A stretch of DNA of 64,000 bases. Origin: Amoebidium appalachense. Its lineage: Eukaryota > Protista > Ichthyosporea. The stretch is taken from the NCBI GenBank assembly GCA_963693365.1, contig CAVNZM010000003.1, positions 12,187,651 to 12,251,650 on the forward strand, written 5' to 3'. Shown here in pieces: positions 39,348-64,000 of this stretch (position 1 is its first letter; the number at the start of each line of letters is the position of its first letter). Both the position numbers and the translations under genes were made by a program. The notes beneath the pieces are model-generated. The model had not been told where the DNA came from, did no database searches, and worked only from the letters and a program-made list of their open reading frames with translations.

Positions 39348-40934
39348 ATGGCTAATCCCAACGCTCTGAACAATGCCATTATGGCCCTGCCTGCTGAGCT
39401 CCATGCCGCCCCGCAGCAGCAGGTACAGGAACCTGGCAACCCTGGCACGCCTATATATGTTGCTTCCCCTGATAATAGCGATGATGAAGAAGTCTGGGAC
39501 CCTGCCTATGGCCAGGTAGACACTGCTTTGCACCCCCATATTACCGTCCGCCGAAACAAACTGCCCAAAAATGTTGCTGCTGCCCCATTCACCAAAGACA
39601 ATGAGCCTCATGCCCCACTTGTGTTTGGCACACAGAATACTGAACTTGTCGCAGTGACAGCATGCCCCAATGACTCAAACAATGACGAAGATTGGATAGA
39701 TGCACGTTTCTATTTCAATGCTTATGACATGCTGCCTCCCATGCAAGTGCGCGCGAAAACCTTTGCCAACCCACACCCACCTGTGCAGGAACCTGTCCTT
39801 GTTGCCATGGATCCACAGCCCCAATTGTTTGCCGCTGGCAATGCTGCCCCCGTGCCCCACGTTGGTGGTGCCGCCCCCGTGCCCCACGTTGGTGGTGCTG
39901 CCCCCGTGCCCCCGGGCCTTGGTGTCCCCGTGCCCCCTGTTGCTGGTGCTGCCCCCGTGCTCCCCGTTGCTGGTGGTGCCCCTGGTGGTGCTGCTGCTGT
40001 TCCTGGTGGCGTCCCGGCCGCTGCCCCTGCTCAGGGTGCGGGCCAGCCTGCCGCCCACATGGCCGCTGTCACGGTGGTCCCTGCCGAGCATCAACAGCAC
40101 GCTGCTGCTGCCGCTGGTCACGCCGTCGCACAACCGGTGATGCAACCCATTGCCTTCCTCCAGCAGGGTGATGCTAACCTGGCTGCCGCTCTCGCCATTG
40201 CCCACCGTGACCAACAGCTGCGTAACCCGCGCGCCGAGATTCTCAAGACTTGCAAGGCGTCCCTCATGAATGTCACCACGTCTGACAAGGACGCATTTGA
40301 GAATTTTGAGACGCACCTCAACTACACGCTCACCACTGTTGATGGCGCCAACACCCTCACCGACGGGGAAAAGAAGATGCTGTTGCTTGCCCTGCAGCAC
40401 AACGTGTACAAGAATGCGCTTAAGGACATCTCCGTCCACCCGGAGCTGACGTTTGAAGAGGCACTCGCCCGCGTGAAGAATGTGCACCTCACTCCCGACG
40501 AGCTTTGCCCCTGGCGCAGCTACCACATTGCAGATGGCACGAAGATTTCCACGGTGGCCACCGACTACCACAACCTGTTCAACACACACGACGCCGCCGA
40601 GACCGCCGAAGCCTTTGGCCACCTGTCCAGCAACCTTGAACGTGTGTGCCCGGCTGCCATGGAGCGCCTGAACCGTTGGATGTATGACCAGCGCATGATC
40701 ACCGGCAAACGGCCCACCATCCCCGAGCGCCTTCGCTTTCTCTCCACCGGCAGCGAAACGTGCACTGAGCCGCGCATTGGTGGTGGCTACATGCCTGCCC
40801 CGCCTCGTCCCATTGCCGCTGTGATGCCCCCTGCTGACCACGGACCACTGGGTGGGGAGCGTGATTTCCCTGCCATGCAAGACCGCCGCCCCGCCGCTGG
40901 TGGGCTTGCCCGTTGCAGGCCTGAGTGCCAGTAA
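39348..40934 (+). CDS. Gag-like ORF of the Gypsy element (Ala/Pro-rich linker, helical capsid-like region)
   Basis: Lies between PBS and integrase, strong codon bias, ATG at 39348; assignment is mainly positional. Confidence 0.7.
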   Translation: MANPNALNNAIMALPAELHAAPQQQVQEPGNPGTPIYVASPDNSDDEEVWDPAYGQVDTALHPHITVRRNKLPKNVAAAPFTKDNEPHAPLVFGTQNTELVAVTACPNDSNNDEDWIDARFYFNAYDMLPPMQVRAKTFANPHPPVQEPVLVAMDPQPQLFAAGNAAPVPHVGGAAPVPHVGGAAPVPPGLGVPVPPVAGAAPVLPVAGGAPGGAAAVPGGVPAAAPAQGAGQPAAHMAAVTVVPAEHQQHAAAAAGHAVAQPVMQPIAFLQQGDANLAAALAIAHRDQQLRNPRAEILKTCKASLMNVTTSDKDAFENFETHLNYTLTTVDGANTLTDGEKKMLLLALQHNVYKNALKDISVHPELTFEEALARVKNVHLTPDELCPWRSYHIADGTKISTVATDYHNLFNTHDAAETAEAFGHLSSNLERVCPAAMERLNRWMYDQRMITGKRPTIPERLRFLSTGSETCTEPRIGGGYMPAPPRPIAAVMPPADHGPLGGERDFPAMQDRRPAAGGLARCRPECQ

Positions 40935-41019
40935 CCGCCCCCACCCATTTCCCCGCCCATATTCAAACAAAACCAATGAGAAAAAACGCACAAAAAAAGA
41001 AAATAACCAAGTATGGGAT

Positions 41020-43198
41020 CATAAGTCGCTTTACCGACCAGGCCGCCTGCACGTTGTACCTGATGCGCTGTCACGCCAACCTCATTACCCACCTGCGGTA
41101 CCCATCAACCCCCCAATCCCCCCCTCAGCCCCTCCTGCAACACACCACACCCATCCCACCTGGCCCTCAGCAATCGGTGATTGCTGCAACCCAACCGGCA
41201 CCTCCATCCTCCCCGACCATACCACCCGCACCACCAAACTCGCCCGTCCTCCCTCGAGCACCGAGGCCACCCGAGGATGTGATTTGGCCGGAACCAGATC
41301 TCCCCGACGCAACCCCAACCGCTGATCCTGATCTTGTACCGACTGCCACACGCTCTCATTATGACCCACCGGTTCACCCGACACGAGGACATATTATTGC
41401 CGCTATCATACCCTCTTACACTATCATCGACCCCACCGCACTTAAGGAAGCACAACAGCTTGATCCGGAGATTAAGCCAATTATCGACTACCTTGTACAT
41501 GATATCCTGCCACTGGATAACGAGCAATTAGCCCGGCGGCTAGTGCTTGAACGCGACCAATATGTGTACGAGAATGAAACACTTTACAAAATCAACATCC
41601 CCACCCGCCCTGGCTATAAGAACAAAATTCAATTCCGCATTGTGATACCAAAAGGTTTCAAAAAGCAGGCCCTGCAGGCATGCCACGACGATGTCTTTGG
41701 TGGTCACTTAGGCTTTTCAAAAACCTACCAGAAGTTGTGTGAACGCTTCTATTGGCCAAGTATGTACGCTGATGCCAAACACTATGTCGCGTCCTGCAAC
41801 ACCTGCCACAGCGCCAGACGGCCGCGTGTAAACCCTCATGCCCCCTTTCAGTCACGCCTGCCCGCTCAACCTTTTGAGGAGATATCCATAGACCTCCTCA
41901 TTCCCGCCATAGCCTCCTTCAACGGTAACAAATACATTCTCGTTGTGATTGATAATTTGACCTGCTACGCGGAAGCATGTGCACTCCCCTCAAAAGCAGC
42001 CGATGTTATTGCCCGGTGCCTCATTGACAACGTGTTCTGCCGCTATGGTTTTCCGAAGCGCATACTTTGCGACGCCGAGAGGATTCTCACAGGCGAGGTT
42101 ATGACTGATGTCTGCCGTATTCTGAATATTGACCGAATTGTGCTGCCCCCATATCACCATGCATCTAACGGCCTGGTAGAAAAGCTAAACAGGGACATTA
42201 TCGATATTCTGAAGATGTATGTGTCCTCACATCAGGCTGACTGGGATATATACCTACCCACTTCCCTCTTTGCTCTGCGCACATCACTTAATGCCAGCCG
42301 TGGTAACACACCCGCGTTCCTCCTTTATGGCTTCGATCCCCGCCTACCCACGGATCTCCCCTTTCACCATCCTGACGCTGAACGCCTTACCGAGCAAACA
42401 TACATGGAGCAAATGCTAACCAACTTGCATTACGCTCGGGCGCAAGCACAAGAGACCTTGCGTGAAAGCCGTGCGAAACAAAAAGAGCATGCTGACCGCA
42501 CACGCACAAAACCACCCCGTCTCTACACGCCTGGCACACGCGTATGGGTGTTCACCCCAACCACAAAGCAATATCGCTCAGGGAAGCTCACACACCACTG
42601 GCAAGGTCCATACCGTGTCGGCCGCGTCTGGCCCGGTACCACCCATGCATACCAACTGATGACTCCTCGAGGTAAAGCAACGGCCTACCCGGTACACCAC
42701 GATCGCCTCAAACCGTACATCGATCGCCCCTCCCGCCCGTTAGACGATACCTTGCCAGCCGAGCCTTCCATTCCCAGGCAAGCTGACCCAGATGCCGCCC
42801 CACATGTGCACCAAGCACAGGCCGAAGATGTGCGCATAGAAGCCGCCGCGTATGCTCAACCCCTTGACGAGCCCGATCTACCGGAAGACACACAATTCCG
42901 CCCTGCCACCCCTCCACCTATGCCTCCACCCCCGCCTCCGCCCTCATCCCCAACCCGCACGCCACCACCTACCCCGCCCCGTACACGAAAGCGACACCGC
43001 CGGACCGAGAGATCACCATCACCGCCTCCCGCCCCGCCACCACCATCCTGGCAGGCACCCGACGGCCACATAAATGCGCCATACCAATTCACCTGGCTTG
43101 CACCAGGTAGAGCCCGAGCCCCCAATGGTGACCACTACTACCTCCACAAAGACAGACACACCGGCCAGTCGATCTGGCTACTACAAAAGTACCAGTGA
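41020..43198 (+). pseudogene. pol remnant: RNase H C-terminal tail (other frame) + intact-looking integrase
   Basis: YRPGRLHVVPDALSR at ~41029-41075; HHCC (CHDDVFGGHLG..CNTC), DDE (ISIDL, ILCDA, GLVEKLN), WQGPY and VHHDRLKPY motifs. Confidence 0.9.
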
Positions 43199-43279
43199 CG
43201 GCCTGGACTAAGTTAACTTACCACAAAACTGATACCTCGTGACCGGATGCCGCTGAGTAAGGTAAAACACACACACACG

Positions 43280-43326
<47 letters not shown>

Positions 43327-43763
43327 TGTACACGCACACTGCCACACACACGCACACAGGCACACACACTGGCACATACCGCACACCACATGCACCCGCA
43401 CTCTTGACACATGCACTCAGTCGCACGTGCCCTTTAGATCTAGACTTAGTGTGTGTATAGCCGCAGCAAAAATGTATATTTAAAATGGCATGTAATGTAT
43501 ATGATGGGCCATTATAGGGCGTCCCCTGCTGTGCAGTGTCCTATATTGGAAATGGCTGATGGATTTTGGGACTTTGCCACAGCCACGCGCGACACTCCCC
43601 ATCGGTGTCTCTTAGCAACCCGCTGGCCGGGCGATAGCTTTCTCACCTCTCTGCTTACCTTTTCTTTTCGTTGTCTCTAGGTAGCTCTGCCTACTGTTTT
43701 TGCTTTTGCTTACCCTTGTCTCTTCTGCATGAGCTCGGGGCGAGCTCACCGCCGCCCGGGGGA

Positions 43764-44038
43764 TGTATGAGCGAGATATCCCTTGGATAGTCGGGCCTAT
43801 AGACCCCCCTCTCTGATAGACCCCCCTGGCATGCCCCTAGCCTGCCGCACGCATCATGCCAGCTCAGTCTCTCGCTGGCGCTCTCTCGTTCAGGTCTGAT
43901 TCTTTCTTGTTGCCACGTGTCGTAGCTCTCCCACGCGTCCGACAATACAGGCTCACCCACGTTATCACGAGGTCAGTGTCCCTTTGCCTGTCTTGTCTCC
44001 TTTCCGTGCCTGGAGCACGTTGACACATGGTAGCAGAG
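43764..44038 (+). mobile_element. Second, different LTR-like segment (264 bp, TGTATGAG..GACACA) with its own PBS (44028-44038)
   Basis: Preceded by GGGGGA and by the same GAGCTCGGGGCGAGCTC motif that precedes the 3' LTR; followed by TGGTAGCAGAG. Confidence 0.75.
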
Positions 44039-45287
44039 ACAGCCCGACCGCCCTCTGATGGCCTAGCCGCTTTCCACTGCGCACTGCTATGAGCTCGGGG
44101 CGAGCTCACTCCCGCCGCCGAGATGTATGAGTGAGATTGTGGGACAATCACACGCATATGAATTTGTACTTGGAGTCATAGGCAGAGACCAGATCCGCCG
44201 AGACCCTGCCCGAGCCTCATGGCTCCCCCTATACTATGCCGCTGATTACGCTCACACACGACCAGGAGGCTTTCCGTTGGTGACAAATCAAGGAATGTCA
44301 AGTATTTCCCTGATTAGTACAAGGTTGTTCCACCGACTATCACACCGACTCCCACTTGGGAAAACAATTTCCATAAAACAATGTTTTTTATTTTTTTTGC
44401 ATACCTTTTAGCTGAAATTAGTATCGAACAGCTTATAGCCAACAATTATATTTACTTGTTTCACACAGGGCCCACACACAGCGAGCAGTGACCAGTCTTG
44501 AGGTATAGGGGGAAGTATCTCCTCGGATTTCTTTGTGATTCGGGTACATGGAATTCGCAGTGCATCGGAACACATCTGACAATGACAAGACGATCATCAA
44601 GCTTCTTCTACAGTCTATGGAAAACAAACATGCATGTGATCGATTTGCTAATTTGCCGCCTAAATACACATATGTTTAGTATATACCTATGTATACTCGA
44701 ATATATAGTAATGCCCGGATGCCGCGCCTGGGGGGCTTCAGCTGCAGGCCCTTAACTGGCATACTTCAAATATTACCTGCTATTGGAATCATTCTCTATA
44801 ACGTATAACTTACCATACATTTCATGCAACCATTTATGGTGCAAGTATATTCTTATTATATAAAAAAGGCGCTGCTGCTGAGAATCATCTCAAGCATAAG
44901 AAGTACTGCATTTGTAAAGCTGTGGTGTGACTGAAGCACACGCGGTTGAGAATCCCTACCCTATGAACCAATGATATGGATGTAATGATTACCATATATG
45001 GATAGCCTAGCTGAGGAGTACATGTCACATAGTATGACCGTCACTCCTGAGCAGGTCTCAGTTGTACATGTCAGTCTGACTTTGAGATACAAAGAGATAC
45101 ACATAAGGTCTTGCATCATTAAAAATGGGTTACAGGTTGAGACATAACCCGAGACTCTCTTAAGAGCACATAGCACACAGACCACCACAGAGAACCCATC
45201 GAGGACCACATACACCCATATAACATAACTTATGTGACAAAAGCAATGATTGAGGCAATGAGGAGTGCAGAAAATCGTGAGATATAT

Positions 45288-45483
45288 GGGGGTTTACGCT
45301 GTTTACTCGAGGCAAAGAGAACCAGTCTCAGGTATGGGGGGGGGGGTTTTGCTCGGAATATCCCCTCAGCGGTATATCATGATCACGTACATAGATGTCG
45401 GGTGGTGACTATATATCAGGGTTTACTTTCTCTACGAGACACCATAAAGACTACAAGGAGAAATCAATTAGTTGGGGTTCCCC

Positions 45484-45525
<42 letters not shown>

Positions 45526-45557
45526 GGGCTCCCCTCGGGACACTCGGTATCAGCTGG

Positions 45558-45608
<51 letters not shown>

Positions 45609-46593
45609 TGTGTGTGTGTGCGCGTGCGCTATAATTTTGTAGTGATGTGTTTCTCAAGCCAATCAATACATCTAATAAACAGGTCGTAGTTACGCGTGTT
45701 TAGTATAAAATCAAGGATGTTGTAATTTACAGGTAGGCTATCTTTCTGGGTGTCTGTTGTGAATGTGACGTGTGTGTGTTGCGGTATTATGTGGTCTATC
45801 AAACTACATTTGGCGATACATGACCGGTTAAACTGGTGTGTGTGTGTGTTGTTTGGGCATGCAAATGATGCCACCTTATACTTATTAGATCTCCACTGTA
45901 TAGCACGTGTACAGTAAAAGCGTGGTAATTGATCAATAATACCATCAGCTAGAGAAAGACCAGTTCTACAGGAAGGTAATATGTATTTAGGTGTTATACA
46001 CTTGCGAGTGCCATATTTGGCAATATGGTTGAGGCGGTCAGTATATATAAAACGAGACATAAGGCTTAGTTTTTCAAGGTGTATGCTTTCATCGGGTCTA
46101 GTGTCGTGTGGTATCTTTTTCCATTTGTTATATTGCGTGATTATCTTGTGATTGTGTACATGTTTAATAAGTAAGTGGCAGTCCAAAGTCACACACACAC
46201 TATTGCGGGGTTTATTTGTATTTGTGCCCAGGGGAGAAGGGGAGAGAGAGGGGAGGAAAGAGGGGAGAGGTGAGGAGGGGACAGGTCGGATAGAGAAGAG
46301 AGGGTGGGAGGGCAAATACTTCTTTAAGCGGCTTATGTGCTTATTGAATTTCAGCGCGAGATAGGATACTCTAGCAGCTATTGGGACCAGACCATATATC
46401 GAGAGCGTTACAGGCCCAGGTTTACAACAGTTGTTAGATAGAAAGGAGGCAACTTCTGCTTCAAGGAAATTTGCCAAGGGTTTAAGCGCTCTAGTTCTCT
46501 CTTTCTTGATCCAAGCGGCGAGAAGGGGTAAACCATATTCACATGCCGGGAAGACAAAAGTGCGAATAAATGTAAGTCTAATAGAAGGATGGA
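45288..46593 (-). mobile_element. Non-LTR retrotransposon copy 3 (5'-truncated), probable TSD GATATAT
   Basis: Near-identical to 35025-36350; GATATAT at 45281-45287 and 46592-46598. Confidence 0.92.
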
Positions 46594-46814
46594 TATATCT
46601 GACGTGCCTCCCCCTAGATCTGAGCCACGACCAGTGCCTTCCACACGGATCCGTTGCAGATCGTTGACGTGACAGGCTGCAAGACGTGCAGACGTGACCG
46701 TGTTACCCCCGGTTACAGTACTGTCACCAGGTTTCTTCCCTCTGTTGAAGTGGTTCGAAGTGAAATAGGCAGGGCAACATATAGGGTACACCATTGTTCC
46801 TTGCATAGACTAGG

Positions 46815-62609
<15,795 letters not shown>

Positions 62610-63454
62610 TATTGCTGTTGTGTTAGTCTATGTGCGAATGAAAGAAAAACGAGTATCTGTTTGAGTAATAAGTTGAGTTTTGGAGAGTATGAATCACGTG
62701 TAGAGCTAGCTAAATAGTGTAGAGCATTACTTTGCAGTGGTAGGAACGTGGGTAGTTCAGCGGTGGTGTTATGAACCTGGATACATTCGCGAATGGTTTG
62801 CATGTACAACATAAGACTGAATAGAGGTGGCTGCAAGCAGGAAGTGTACTTGCGGTGGCCACTCCTTGACACACCGTGAGAAGTTGAATGCTACTCTGTT
62901 GTCTGTGTGCCACTGCCACAGTTATCGCCTGAGTGACGTCGACTCTGAGTGACTTTTTTGCGTGTGCTTGTGCTTTTGCACGCTTCCAAAAGTATGCGTT
63001 TTATCTTGGCAAGCGTACGACAAATGGAAATTAACTTTCGATAGCCTTAAATGGCTATTTGGCATACCGCAGACCTTGTGGTATTCGCACCGCCAAGCGG
63101 TGCTTCAGCTGTGGCACTGTGGCAGGCGTTCTATTTTTGTGTGTCCGAGGTGCGCACTGCGCTGTGAGGCCCGGAAGCGGCATGAAACCTTTGTTAGACC
63201 AGGTTTGCTTGACCTGAATATTAGAACAGTGATAAGAGAACGACTTACAGACAGACGGCGTGCATATGTTGACCCCACACATAGGCGGCAAGTTGCAATG
63301 TACAGACCTCCCCGGGGCTTGAATTCATAAAAGCACACTATACCTTGAGGCATATAATTAGCTGCACATATATCCTTCTCACCCGAGGACGACATTACCA
63401 TTTCATTCGTAGAACACAATACACTAGAAAGCAGACTACCGTAGTTCTTTCACC

Positions 63455-64000
63455 ATGGAGGCGCACGGGGGGCTCAGCCCGTCGCCCATACCGACACCGG
63501 TAACATGTAGCAATGACAGCAGCTACACCAGCAGCCCCTCAAACCCACAGGAGGCAGAGACAAGGCCACTGACCAGAGAGAAGGAGTTTGCCTTCCACGA
63601 TGGCAAGCTGGCAGAGAAGATCATACAGGTAATTTCTTGTGTCCCTGGCCGTGGCAAGGATACCCTCCATTCAGTTGCTGTTTGGGGCATGATGCACTGC
63701 GTGCTTTACTCTCCACGTTGTGCAAGTTGCGTGTCTTGGCTTTGCCATGTGGACCCTCTCGCAGCTCTGTGTATATGATGTCACGGTGCTCTAGGTTCTT
63801 GGTGTGTGCTACGTGTTGTAGCGTCATTGGTTCTTGCCCCACCATGTATTTCTTACTGAGTGCTTTGCAGCAGCAGCAGGGCGGTGCGGACCCCCTTGAT
63901 GTCAACTTCAGCAGTCTTGTGGACCAGCTAAGGAGCTCTATCGGCAAGTCCCCCCGCTACCTGTCCCCGCACGAGATGGCCCTCAGCAGAGAGTGCCGCC
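63455..64000 (+). CDS. Start of an unidentified spliced gene (exon 63455-63628, exon ~63871 to edge)
   Basis: CACCATGG start, CAG/GTAATT donor, TTTGCAG acceptor, open frame to the window end. Confidence 0.55.

Larger units (their letters stand above)
34979..44258 (+). mobile_element. Ty3/Gypsy LTR retrotransposon, internally deleted (gag + integrase, no PR/RT), 135-bp LTRs, 4-bp TSD CGAC
   Basis: TG..CA LTR at 44124-44258; 5' LTR split into 34979-35018 and 37940-38025 by a LINE; CGAC at 34975-34978 and 44259-44262; PBS at 38026. Confidence 0.9.

Noticed and set aside
39675-40991. 438-aa antisense ORF over gag
   Set aside because: Shadow of the GC-biased codon usage of the sense ORF

Overview
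Intron-rich eukaryotic DNA, with introns full of (G)n/(C)n, (CA)n and (CT)n tracts; most six-frame ORFs are low-complexity artefacts. The taxon cannot be fixed from the sequence. Host genes: a BAHD/Transferase-family gene (minus, runs off the left edge), an intronless CD225/dispanin gene, a spliced pseudokinase, a secreted protein with two Ig-like repeats, a short tail-anchored ORF, WDR70 (about 16 exons) and the start of an unknown gene. Mobile elements: (i) a 5'-truncated Penelope-like element (PLE) of Naiad/Chlamys type with five further 3'-end fragments; (ii) a non-coding 452-bp unit in 0.4-, 1.3- and 2.9-unit arrays; (iii) three truncated copies of a non-LTR retrotransposon; (iv) a Ty3/Gypsy element that has lost PR-RT-RH and has an extra internal LTR+PBS. 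The main candidate new system is (i)+(ii). Both end in ...CGCATTCAAA against a poly(C) run and share a roughly 150-nt RNA with compensatory base changes. That RNA holds all hammerhead core strands (GUU, CUGAGGA, GAAA, G10.1-C11.1) in a non-canonical, split order that may assemble only between two copies. This suggests a poly(C)-primed, rolling-circle retrozyme with its PLE helper. All structures were derived by eye and are untested.
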